From an uncultured delta proteobacterium (GTDB lineage: Bacteria > Desulfobacterota > Binatia > UBA9968): DNA of 64,000 nt. The stretch covers positions 299,743 through 363,742 of the forward strand of contig CAVUVW010000027.1 in assembly GCA_963745035.1 (NCBI GenBank), in the 5' to 3' direction. The translations under genes were made by a program, and so were the position numbers. A model generated the notes under the pieces. That model saw nothing but the letters and a program-made list of their open reading frames with translations, had not been told where the DNA came from and made no database searches. Positions 51,057 to 60,105 of this stretch are shown one piece after another. Position 1 is the stretch's first letter; every line of letters starts with the position of its first letter.

Positions 51057-52040
51057 ATGAGAGCGAAAGCCATCGCCGCGTTGCTCGTTGTGGTCTTTGC
51101 TGGGCAGTGGTCCGATCCGGCCTTCGGCCAGTCACGAAAAAGATTGCGCTTGTCGCTGTCGTCGACCAATGTGGCGCTGCTGCCGACCTTCGCGGCGGTG
51201 GACAGGGGCATTTTCCGCGACGAAGGTTTCGATGTCGAGCTCATCCACATGGCGGCGACGCTGGCGAGCACCGCGCTCATGACCGGCGATCTCGATTACA
51301 ACGGCGCGGCCACCGGCGTGATCAGCGCGGCAGTGCAGGGCCGGCCCATGAAGGTTTTGAGTTTCACCGTGTCGCGGCCGCTGCTCTTCCTCATGAGCAA
51401 AAAGGATATCAAGGAGCCGCGCGATCTGCGCGGAAAGAGAGTCGCAGGCAGCACGCCGGGCGCGTCGGCGACCTTGCTGGCCGTACAGGCGCTGCGACAG
51501 TTGGGCCTGGAGCCCGGGCGGGACGTTTCGATATTGCCCATGGGCGGCGCCGCCTCCGGCCGTCTCGCGGTGCTGGAGTCGGGCGCGGTGGATGCCGCCT
51601 TGCTTTCGGTGCCGGAGAATATTCTCGCCCGCGAGAGAGGCTTCAACGAGCTATTGTTCGTCGGTGAAAGCATCGAGTTCGCGCAGGCGGGCCTCGGCAC
51701 GACGGACAAGAGAATCAAGGAAAACCCAGACGAAGTCTATCGGGTGGTGCGAGCGCAGTTGCGCAGCGTCATGTTTCTGCTCGACAAGAGCCGCCAGAAC
51801 GAGATCGTCGAAATGATCATGAAGCGTTGGAAGCTCGGCGATCGCAAGATGGCGGAGTCGATGTTTCAAGACCTTTCGCGGGTGCTGGCCAAAGACGCGA
51901 TGGTCACCCAAGCTTCGATCCAGTCGCTCATCGACTCCGCGCGCGAGAGCGCCAAAGTGGCGCGGCCGATAAAAATCGAAGAAGTCGCCGATTTCCGTTT
52001 TCTCGAACGCGCCCGCAAAGAGCTCGGCTTCACGAAATAG
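51057..52040 (+). CDS. ABC substrate-binding protein, NMT1/SsuA-like
   Basis: Signal peptide; DRGIFRDEGFDVELI, DLRGKRVA, GLEPGRDV, VADFRFL. Confidence 0.85.
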   Translation: MRAKAIAALLVVVFAGQWSDPAFGQSRKRLRLSLSSTNVALLPTFAAVDRGIFRDEGFDVELIHMAATLASTALMTGDLDYNGAATGVISAAVQGRPMKVLSFTVSRPLLFLMSKKDIKEPRDLRGKRVAGSTPGASATLLAVQALRQLGLEPGRDVSILPMGGAASGRLAVLESGAVDAALLSVPENILARERGFNELLFVGESIEFAQAGLGTTDKRIKENPDEVYRVVRAQLRSVMFLLDKSRQNEIVEMIMKRWKLGDRKMAESMFQDLSRVLAKDAMVTQASIQSLIDSARESAKVARPIKIEEVADFRFLERARKELGFTK

Positions 52041-52065
52041 CGCGCCGCTTCCACTGGGATGTTTC

Positions 52066-52097
52066 CCTGTTGCCTGTTGCCCGTTGCCTATTGCCTG
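52066..52097. repeat. Heptamer tandem repeat (CCTGTTG)n between convergent genes
   Basis: cctgttg cctgttg cccgttg cctattg cctg. Confidence 0.7.
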
Positions 52098-52116
52098 ATG
52101 TGGCAGCCCGCTAGTT

Positions 52117-53223
52117 TCAGTCGCGGATGTCCTGCAGGAACCATTCAGTCGGAATCTCCCGTCCCAGGCCGGCGCGCTTGGCGAGCTCGTAGACTTTACC
52201 CGCTACGGCGTGGAACTGAGCGCCCTGCAGATTGCCGCGCTCGGAGTAGGTGATCTGATCCGGCGAGCTGCGCCCCTTCGCCTTACCGTCGACCAGGTCG
52301 GCGAGGGTGACGCGGCGATCGGGCAGGGTGTTGCCGTGCTTGCGGCGGTCGCGGCGGCCGTCGCCGAACTTGCCCTGCCGCGGGCGCGCCTCGTAGCCGA
52401 TATGCTCGGCGTCGGTGGCCAGCTCCGGATGGCCGGCGGGCGCCGGCGTATCGCCGAAGCGGAGATAGACGTCGACCCGCTTCAGGCTCTCGGCATCGGG
52501 TTTGCCGGTGCCGCCGACGACGACGATGTGGGCGCCCTTTTCGAGCAAGGTGCCGTCGGTCACTTCCACGGCGGAGTCGGTGAGCGCCGCCAGGATGTGC
52601 GCTCCCTTGTAGACCTCTTCGGGACGGCTGCAGACTTTTACCTCGATGTTGTATTTCTCCGCCATCTCGCGGCCGAGGCGCTCGCGGTTTTCACGCGTGG
52701 GGCTGAACACCTGCAGCTTCTCGATGTTGCGAACACGCGTGAAAGCCTCCATGTGCGTGCGCGCCATGCCGCCGGCGCCGAGCATGCCGACGACTTCGGC
52801 GTCTTTGTTCGCAAGGTATTTCACGCCGATGCCGCCGTCGGCGCCGACCCGCATGTGCTGGAGATAGCCGTCGTTGATGAAAGCGAGCGGCTCGGCGTTC
52901 TCGACCGAGGTGAGCAGGATCAGGCCGCAGTACAAGCCCGGCCGCATGCAGTATTTTTCCTGGGTGAGCGCGCCTTTGTATTCGGTTTCGTAGATGATGT
53001 CGGACTTCATGCGGATCGCGAAATAGCCGCCGGTGGAGCCGCCCTCCATGGTGCCCCACTGGTAGTTGCGGGCCGGATCGCTGGTGGGAATGCGGATGTC
53101 GATGCGCGGCCGGCAGACCGCCTCCTGCGCGGCGAGCTGCAAGTAGGATTGCTCCAGCGCCGCAATGGTGTCCTCCATGGTGAGGACCTGTTCGACTTCC
53201 TTGTTATTGATGATGAGCGTCAT
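52117..53223 (-). CDS. Ornithine cyclodeaminase / mu-crystallin family protein
   Basis: LQHMRVGADGGIGVKYLA, GMLGAGGMA, VFSPTRENR, GRSSPDQIT. Confidence 0.87.
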   Translation of the reverse strand: MTLIINNKEVEQVLTMEDTIAALEQSYLQLAAQEAVCRPRIDIRIPTSDPARNYQWGTMEGGSTGGYFAIRMKSDIIYETEYKGALTQEKYCMRPGLYCGLILLTSVENAEPLAFINDGYLQHMRVGADGGIGVKYLANKDAEVVGMLGAGGMARTHMEAFTRVRNIEKLQVFSPTRENRERLGREMAEKYNIEVKVCSRPEEVYKGAHILAALTDSAVEVTDGTLLEKGAHIVVVGGTGKPDAESLKRVDVYLRFGDTPAPAGHPELATDAEHIGYEARPRQGKFGDGRRDRRKHGNTLPDRRVTLADLVDGKAKGRSSPDQITYSERGNLQGAQFHAVAGKVYELAKRAGLGREIPTEWFLQDIRD

Positions 53224-53502
53224 GGTTTTACCTCGTTGTCGTGAAGCGGCTGTTCGCGCGCGCCGTCGATCATTGCATCCTTACTAAAGATCGCTCGCAT
53301 AAGAAATAGAGCGACGATGTGGTCTTACGGCGAGCCGGCTCGGCGGAACCAACGCGCGCAAGAGAGGATCGAATACATGAAGGGCCACGAAGGCGTATGG
53401 CTCGCCATTACCTACACCTGCCCGCCACAACACGAACCTATTGACACAAGGCTGTTATAGATTGTATCAAGTTAATTGTTTACCTACAAAAATAAGGAAA
53501 TT

Positions 53503-53985
53503 ATGAAAACGATCAAAGTCGCAGACGAGGTTTGGATAGCGACGGCTCTCCTGCACAGGGAAAATCCCAAACGTGAGGATTTCAACGTCGCTGAAATAAT
53601 CGAGCGGGCGCGGCGCGAAAATATATCCGGGGAGCTAAGAGCAGGGGTTCAAGTGCATGCATACCTTCATTGTGTTGCGAATCGGCCGCCGAACCCCGGC
53701 TGTCATCGTATGCTCTATGCGACCGGCAAAAGTACCCGCCGGCTTTTTCGGGAAACCGACGACTTTGATCCGAAACGTCGCCGAGGGAAAGTAACGCCTG
53801 ACAAGGAAGATATTCCAGCCAAGTATCAACCATTGCTCGATTGGTACAGCGAAAAATTCGCCGGCAAAAGAAAGGGTTCCATGGAGACCGACCCAATCCT
53901 TGGACTGCGCGGATTGGGAAAAGAAATTTGGGTCGGCGAAGAGCCCGATGACTACGTCAGCCGCGTTCGTGGAGGCTGGGAGTGA
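53503..53985 (+). CDS. Putative antitoxin / DNA-binding protein partnered with a PIN toxin
   Basis: 160 aa; N-terminal wHTH-like segment, C-terminal LRGLGKEIW..EEPDDYV.RVRGGW tail; GTGA overlap with the PIN gene. Confidence 0.6.
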   Translation: MKTIKVADEVWIATALLHRENPKREDFNVAEIIERARRENISGELRAGVQVHAYLHCVANRPPNPGCHRMLYATGKSTRRLFRETDDFDPKRRRGKVTPDKEDIPAKYQPLLDWYSEKFAGKRKGSMETDPILGLRGLGKEIWVGEEPDDYVSRVRGGWE

Positions 53986-54404
53986 GTCGAATTTTCTGGG
54001 ACACGAATCTGTTCATTTACTTGATCGAGGACTTTCGTGACTTATCGGAGCGCGTCACCACTTTGCGCAGACGTATGCTCGAACGAGGGGATGAGCTCTA
54101 CACTTCCGCTCTTACCTTGGGAGAAATTTTGATCAAACCGATGGAGGCAGGGAACGAGACTTTGGCCCGTCGTTATGAATCGGTGTTGCTGCAGGGCGCG
54201 GAGATTATTCCTTTCGATGTCGAGCCGGCGCGCCTTTACGCTAGCATTCGAAAGGATCGCACCATCCGACCACCCGATGCGATTCAGCTCGCCTGCGCGG
54301 CGCACGCGCGCGTCGATCTGTTTATCACGAACGATGAACGGCTAAGCGCAAAATCCATTCCGAATATCCATTTCTTGAGCTCCTTGCAGCGTGCATTCTT
54401 GTAA
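53982..54404 (+). CDS. vapC: VapC-family PIN domain toxin
   Basis: IFWDTNLFIY, SALTLGEIL, PDAIQLACA, FITNDERL. Confidence 0.88.
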   Translation: MSRIFWDTNLFIYLIEDFRDLSERVTTLRRRMLERGDELYTSALTLGEILIKPMEAGNETLARRYESVLLQGAEIIPFDVEPARLYASIRKDRTIRPPDAIQLACAAHARVDLFITNDERLSAKSIPNIHFLSSLQRAFL

Positions 54405-54937
54405 CACGACTGCAACTACTTCGCCGATATTTTGACCAACTGGAACGGTCGGGGCAAATCTTGCCTGACTGATCCTGTGAATATTTCCTATCGACAAGAG
54501 ATTGGCCCTTTGAGCGGACCCCCAAGACGTGATGTTTTCCGTGGTCCGGTCCCCGCCGTCCATTTTCAATACGCATTTGCGACGGACGTCATCGTTCGCG
54601 CGCCCGAGTGCCCCCCAAGTTCCCAACGCGATTGCGCCGCCTGTCGATTAAGTTTGTCCATCCTAGTCAACAGCGTGCGGCAGTGCCGCACAGATAGCCC
54701 ACAGCAGGAAAATCACATCGGACTGACTTGTTGATTGTGCTGAACCGTTGCTGCGTTTCAAAACGCTTGCCTCGGACTCGCAGGGTTTATAGCCGCCAAT
54801 TTGAAAACTGCGACCTTGACACAGATCAAACTGTCTCGTTTGCGAGACGTTCTGTGGTTTTCTCCGTTCTTTCCTCGACAGGTACGCTGATGGGCATGAT
54901 CCTTGCGGCTCAAAAGGTAGATCCGCGTCGATTGCAA

Positions 54938-54964
54938 TGTCGATTTTCGCTGTTCAGCTTCGAC
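54938..54964 (+). promoter_or_regulatory. ECF42-type promoter
   Basis: TGTCGA-N17-CGAC, 27 nt upstream of a DGPF/YciI gene. Confidence 0.6.
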
Positions 54965-54991
54965 TAACTAAATAAAAAGGAGGAGAACGCC

Positions 54992-55420
54992 ATGAGATTC
55001 ATAGTCATCGTCAAAGCGAGCAAAGATTCTGAAGCGGGAAAAATGCCGAGCCAGGAGATGCTTGCTCAAATGGGCAAGTTCAACGAGGAGCTGGCAAACG
55101 CCGGTGTAATGTTAGCCGGCGAAGGATTGCACCCAACCTCGAAAGGCAAGCGGATCAAGTTCTCGGGCGATAAGCGCAAAATTACCGATGGTCCTTTTGG
55201 CAAGCCAAAGGATTTGATTGCCGGTTACTGGTTGTGGAAGTGCGAGTCGTGGGAAGAGGCGATCGAATGGGCGAAACGCATACCTTTCCAGGAAGGTGAC
55301 GTGGAGATTCGCCAAATTTTCGAAGCCGAAGACTTCGGCGCGGAGTTTACACCGGAGCTAAGAGCGCAAGAGGAGCGGATTCGCGCGCGAGCCGAGCAAG
55401 CGGCAAAGGAAATGCATTGA
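54992..55420 (+). CDS. YciI/DGPF family protein
   Basis: MGKFNEEL..AGVMLAGEGLHPTS.G, TDGPF, EAIEWAKR, EIRQIFEAEDFG. Confidence 0.9.
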   Translation: MRFIVIVKASKDSEAGKMPSQEMLAQMGKFNEELANAGVMLAGEGLHPTSKGKRIKFSGDKRKITDGPFGKPKDLIAGYWLWKCESWEEAIEWAKRIPFQEGDVEIRQIFEAEDFGAEFTPELRAQEERIRARAEQAAKEMH

Positions 55421-55433
55421 AGCCATAGTGTAG

Positions 55434-55497
55434 CCCGCGAAGGCGCCAAGGCGTAAAGAAAAGAAAATCCTCGTTTCGAACTTGGCGCCTTCGCGGG
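55434..55497. repeat. Inverted repeat element (CGCGAAG/CGCCAAG nonamer type)
   Basis: Perfect 17-bp IR CCCGCGAAGGCGCCAAG / CTTGGCGCCTTCGCGGG. Confidence 0.8.
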
Positions 55498-55535
55498 GGT
55501 CCTATGTTCGCGCAAGTTCACGTAAGGAGAATGTC

Positions 55536-55970
55536 ATGCAAGTGCAGCCATATTTATTCTTCAGCGGAAACTGTGAGGAAGCGCTCGCGTTCTACAAAAA
55601 GGCTCTCGGCGCCGAAGTGCAGGCGATGATGCGCTACAAAGAAAGTCCTGAACCGCCGCCGGCAGACAAAGTACCGGTGAACTGGGGCGACAAAGTCATG
55701 CACGCCAATGTCCGCATCGGCGAGACCCAGGTGATGGCCTCCGACGGCTGCCCGCAGGAGGGAGCCGGCTTTAAGAATTTTTCGTTAACCATTTCGGCAG
55801 CCAATGAAGCGAACGCCGACCGGTTATTCAACGCCCTCGCCGATGGCGGCCAGGTGCAGATGCCGCTTGGCAAAACGTTTTTTTCGCCGCGCTTCGGCAT
55901 GGTGACCGACAAGTTTGGTCTGTGCTGGATGGTTGGCGTATTCGAGCAAAGCGCGCAAGCAGCAGCGTAG
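55536..55970 (+). CDS. PhnB/YjdN-like VOC protein
   Basis: PYLFFSGNCEEALAFY, VMHA, MASDG, MPLGKTFFSPRFGMVTDKFG. Confidence 0.9.
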   Translation: MQVQPYLFFSGNCEEALAFYKKALGAEVQAMMRYKESPEPPPADKVPVNWGDKVMHANVRIGETQVMASDGCPQEGAGFKNFSLTISAANEANADRLFNALADGGQVQMPLGKTFFSPRFGMVTDKFGLCWMVGVFEQSAQAAA

Positions 55971-56001
55971 TACAAGGCGCGACCGGTCGCACTGCCCAGC
56001 C

Positions 56002-56226
56002 ATGGATAAGTCGGAAACTTCGCCAAGAACTGGTTCGCAATTGGCCTTCGCGCGAGTAGCGACAGCGCTTGCGTTGGTGAGCGTTGCCGCTCTCGCCATC
56101 GGCGCGCTGGCGATCGGACGTCTGGCGATCAAGCAGGTTGCCATCGACCGCGCTTCGCTGAAGCGGCTCCGCATCCGTGAGCTGGAAGTAGATCAATTGC
56201 GGATAAGGAAGCAAGTTACGGACTGA
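56002..56226 (+). CDS. Small hypothetical membrane protein
   Basis: 74 aa; AALAIGALAIGRLAI followed by LRIRELEVDQLRI pentad pattern. Confidence 0.6.
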   Translation: MDKSETSPRTGSQLAFARVATALALVSVAALAIGALAIGRLAIKQVAIDRASLKRLRIRELEVDQLRIRKQVTD

Positions 56227-56432
56227 GAGGGTCTTTGCTGCGGTTCTGCAGATTCTAACGTTTGATTCTAGTGTCGTCGCGCTGGATCTGTTGCTTGCCC
56301 ACGCATTAGAGTTCCCGCGAAGGCGACGCCTCGCCAAACAAGCTTACTACGCTACTCAGGAGATCCATTATCCTATCCGGGTTTTGCTATCGGCGGCATC
56401 GGCGATAACCGGCAAATAAACCGAAGACCACC

Positions 56433-56467
56433 AAAAAAGAGGCTGGAACTTTTCAGCCTCTTTTTTT
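56433..56467. terminator. Bidirectional intrinsic terminator
   Basis: AAAAAAGAGGCTG GAACTTTT CAGCCTCTTTTTTT between convergent units. Confidence 0.85.
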
Positions 56468-56693
56468 CGGTTGTATCGCCAGCACGTCTACCGCGCCGGC
56501 GGTCGGCAGTTTGAGTTTTGTGAACACCGTGAAGAGCGAATTCGAATTCAATACCTGCTGCGCCGATTTGAGTTATCGACGAGGTCGTTGATCGCGATCG
56601 CAAGCCGCCTCGGCATCGACGGTATAACGCTCATCGTTTATCTCCGCATTTTTTCCCTTTTCTCTCCCTTTGCTTTCCTCCGGTGAACGAATC

Positions 56694-57683
56694 CTAGGGC
56701 ACCGGCTGCCATTTTTTCGCCTCCAGATCGGCGCGGATTTTTCTCACCGGAGTAAAATCATAGACCTTTTCCACGGCGACGGGCTCCTTGATGCCCTGAA
56801 CCTTGAGCACGAACTCAAGCACCTTTTTCTGCGCCTCCGAGCTGATCGTTCCGTCGGGGGTGAGCCCGGGCAAAGCCAGGTCATAAATCCTTGCCGCCAG
56901 TTCCTCCTGGATCTTCATGAGCCGTGCAAGGATCGGAACCGTGCTCGCGCGATGCTGCTGGATATGAAGCAGGCCCTTCAGCGTGCCGCGAATAACTTTT
57001 TGCATCAGCAGCGGGTCGGACTGAAAGAGCTGGTCCCTGACCACGATCGCGCCTCCCGGCTCAACCAGATAGTCTTCCTTGACGTAGGCAACCAACTCGC
57101 GCAGGCCGGATTCCTGCGCCTTGAAGTTAAAGGGCGGCGTCAGGTTGGTCGCGTCGATGGTGCCGGACTGCAGCGCCGTATAGCGGTTCGCCGTCGTGCC
57201 GATCCCCAAAATGGTGACATCGCGCGCGGGATCCATGCCGTGCCGTCGTAAAATCTCTTGCACCAGAAAGTGAGCGGCGGAGCCGACTGAGCTGACCCCG
57301 ATCTTCTTGCCTTTGATCTCTTTGAGGCTTTTGATTTCCGGCTTGGCGTAAAGCCAGTGCATGGGGCGGCTGGAACAGAGGAAAACAAATTTCAGCGGAG
57401 CGCCTCGAGCGATCGCGCCGACCACGCTCGGACCGCTGGAAATGAAATCGACGTTGCCGCCCATGAGCGCCATGTTTGCCACCGACGCCGTCATGAGAAT
57501 CAGCTCGACGTCCAAATCTTCGTCGCGGAAATAGCCTTTCTCCCGTGCCACCACCATGGGGAGAACGGACTGGCTGAACGTCGCCACCGCCATTTGCACC
57601 TTGCGCGCCTCGGCGCCGGCGGCAAAACTAACGAGAACTATCAGAGCGCCGAACCACGGCACAATTGAATTGCGCCCGGTCAT
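56694..57683 (-). CDS. ABC substrate-binding protein, NMT1/SsuA-like
   Basis: Signal peptide ending AEA-R; VAREKGYFRDEDLDVELI, IKGKKIGVSSVGS, GMDPARDV, VYDFTPV. Confidence 0.85.
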   Translation of the reverse strand: MTGRNSIVPWFGALIVLVSFAAGAEARKVQMAVATFSQSVLPMVVAREKGYFRDEDLDVELILMTASVANMALMGGNVDFISSGPSVVGAIARGAPLKFVFLCSSRPMHWLYAKPEIKSLKEIKGKKIGVSSVGSAAHFLVQEILRRHGMDPARDVTILGIGTTANRYTALQSGTIDATNLTPPFNFKAQESGLRELVAYVKEDYLVEPGGAIVVRDQLFQSDPLLMQKVIRGTLKGLLHIQQHRASTVPILARLMKIQEELAARIYDLALPGLTPDGTISSEAQKKVLEFVLKVQGIKEPVAVEKVYDFTPVRKIRADLEAKKWQPVP

Positions 57684-57893
57684 GCGTTTCGTATAGATCA
57701 AAACAACCGTCCGGTACAACAGTTGCGTCATGGCGGGAAACTCCGGCGACCAGTGCGCCGGCGGATCGAGCTGGGTGCCGAATTGGTCGGTGGGCAAATC
57801 GTAGTGCGTCGCTGGAAGCCGTCCTTTTCCCATTGACTTTTTGTTCCCTTTCACTAGAAATCAAGAGAATTCTCGCTCCTAAGGAAGAATCTC

Positions 57894-58901
57894 ATGAAGT
57901 CACTGCTTGCAATATTGGTTCTTGGGGCATTGTTGATTTCGCCCACCGTGGCGATCGGACAAAGTTCCAATCTGGAACAAGCCCGAAAAGAAGGGGAAGT
58001 CGTTCTTTATTCGACGATAACCGTCAGCGCCTTCAACGAATTGAACAAGGCGATCAAAGAAAAATACCCGTTCTTAAACGTTCGCCACATCAGACTTGGG
58101 CCCGCCCAACAGCTGGCGAGAATCATGCAGGAACAAAGATCGGGCCACTTTCTCGCGGATGTCGTCTACAACAATTTGCTCCACCTGATTTATTTGAAGG
58201 AGAACGGGGTCCTTGGAAAATACGAGTCATCGGAAAACAAGTTCCTGATGAAAGAAGCGATCGATCCGGACGGTTTTTGGGTCGGCGGCGATATCGATGT
58301 TCTGGTGACTGGCTTCAATTCCAAGAATGATTTCCCGTACACGACGTTCCGACAACCTACGACGGATTTTTGGACGGCAGGCTCAAAGGACAGATGGCCA
58401 TCAATAGCAATAACCCATATGCCCTCGTCGGAATGGTGAGTCTTCGGGGCGAGGAACAAGGAGTCGCTTACATGAGAAAGCTGGCGCAACAGAGCCTTCG
58501 CCCGGTGCAAGGATTTACGCATATGGTCAATCTCTTGGCCGCCGGAGAGTATCCGATCGCGCTGATGAGCCAGGTAACAAAGATCGAAGAGATGAAAGAA
58601 AAGGGAGCGCCGGTCGATTGGGTGTCCAATACTCCCAATTTCAGCACCGTCGGCGCCTATGCGATCAGCCGCACCCCGCCTCATCCGGCCGGAGCGCGGC
58701 TGCTCATCGATTTTGTCTTGTCCGAGCAAGGGCAAAAAGTTCTCGGACGCACGGGAAAGCTTCCGATGCGCCGGGGCGTGCCGACGCACTCCAAGAGCAT
58801 CGACAAATTGCTGGAGAGCGGCAATCTCCATGCGATCAAGGATGCGCAAAGGTTTGGAGAAATACGCGAAAATCTATCGTGAGCTGATCGAGCAGCGATA
58901 G
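57894..58901 (+). CDS. ABC substrate-binding protein, iron/thiamine-type (frameshifted)
   Basis: Signal peptide; ARKEGEVVLYST, LLAAGEYPI, KGAPVDW, PHPAGARLLIDFVLSEQGQ. Confidence 0.82.
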
Positions 58902-58903
58902 AG

Positions 58904-59722
58904 CTATTCTTCGGCGAGATCCAGAAGAATCCCGTCAGGGTCGGACGTTTGATGTTTGCCGATTCGACAGGCTTGGAGATTTTTTAAACGAATCGGTCCA
59001 TCTCTGCCAACGTCGATTTTTCTTGGCGCCGCGGCCGGCGACGCGACGCCGATTTGCTCAAGGTCGCTTTTGGCGCTCTCCACGCTTTCCACCCGGAAGC
59101 CGAGGTGATGGAGACCTTCTTTCATGCCGCGATAGGAATCGTTATCGCAAGGCATGATGGCCAGATACGCCACCCCATCGGTCAGATAAAAATTTTCCGC
59201 TATCGGATAGTTTCTCGACTTTTTCCAGTCCGAAGACGTCCTGATAAAACTTTGCCAAGCGCGCCGGTTTGATCGCCCGCATGGCGATATGACTCAGCCT
59301 GCGCGGCTGCTCCCAGCCGCTTTCTTTGTAGCCCTCGCGGACGTTGGCCATTTCATTTTGTGAGATATCGAACTGATTGCCGGTCGGATCGTGGGCTCGG
59401 ATACCGGCGAAGGGAACGTAGTCCAAAGTTTTCGAGACCAGAATATCGGGATACTTTCTCCGCCAGTTTCTCGAGCACGTCCGACAACATCATCCACTTC
59501 GAAACCAAAGTGATCGAGCCCCGCGCTGATGCCCGGCTGGCGCTGGAGCAGAGCATAGCCGATCAGCCCGTCGCTGATATGACCGCGCTCCGGATTATAA
59601 TTTCCCGTCGCGTCGGTCATGCCGTTGGTGATTTTCTTCATGCCAAAAATGGTTTTGTAAAACTCCGCCATCCGGTCGTAGTTTTCCGTGCAGATAGCAA
59701 CGTGCTTGATTCGTGTTTCCAT
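58904..59722 (-). CDS. Two-domain VOC family protein (frameshifted)
   Basis: IKHVAI, GLDHFGFEV, HDPTGNQFDI, LSHIAM, GLHHLGFRV, SDPDGILLDL over three frames. Confidence 0.8.
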
Positions 59723-59996
59723 CGCCGTCCTTCCAGAAAAATCTGAATTTTGAATAGCATCCGACTTCCGGTTTTACAAATCTGGGGGATGATCGCCAAG
59801 AACTTGGAATCGCCGCACATTTTGTATTGTCCCCCAATCACGCCTCATACAACGTGGTACTTGCGCCGGCCCGACCTTGGACTGGCATGACATGGCCCGC
59901 ATTTGCAACCCCTGGAACATCTGGAACCGAATTCGTTCAACGACTTGAACGCTTCTGCCTTGCCTCAGCGCCCGCTCCGCATTTCAGATTGACCGA

Positions 59997-60093
59997 TTGG
60001 AACAATTGAAACCACTGGAACGTTTGAAACCGACTCGGTTTAACGATTTGAACGGAGCGAAGCGGTTGAACGGCTTGAACGATTTGAACGGCT
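59997..60093. repeat. Long nonamer tandem array (TTGAACnnn) 3' of the TauD gene
   Basis: ttggaacaa ttgaaacca ctggaacgt ttgaaaccg ... ttgaacgga gcgaagcgg ttgaacggc ttgaacgat ttgaacggc; further units at 59912-59951. Confidence 0.8.
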
Positions 60094-60105
60094 GTTCCAA
60101 AAGAA

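Noticed and set aside
54405-54930. 525-bp intergenic region as ncRNA or riboswitch
   Set aside because: Only one short hairpin (GTGCGGCA/TGCCGCAC) and no recognisable aptamer core, terminator or credible ORF
57684-57854. 57-aa N-terminal extension of the SBP in the ORF track
   Set aside because: A typical signal peptide begins at ATG 57683; the upstream in-frame stretch is more likely a shard or promoter region
59893-59907. Sigma54 promoter TGGCCCGCATTTGCA
   Set aside because: GG-to-GC spacing is 9 nt rather than the required 10
23128-60093. Nonamer arrays as CRISPR
   Set aside because: Units are 9 bp and contiguous, with no 25-45-bp unique spacers and no cas genes
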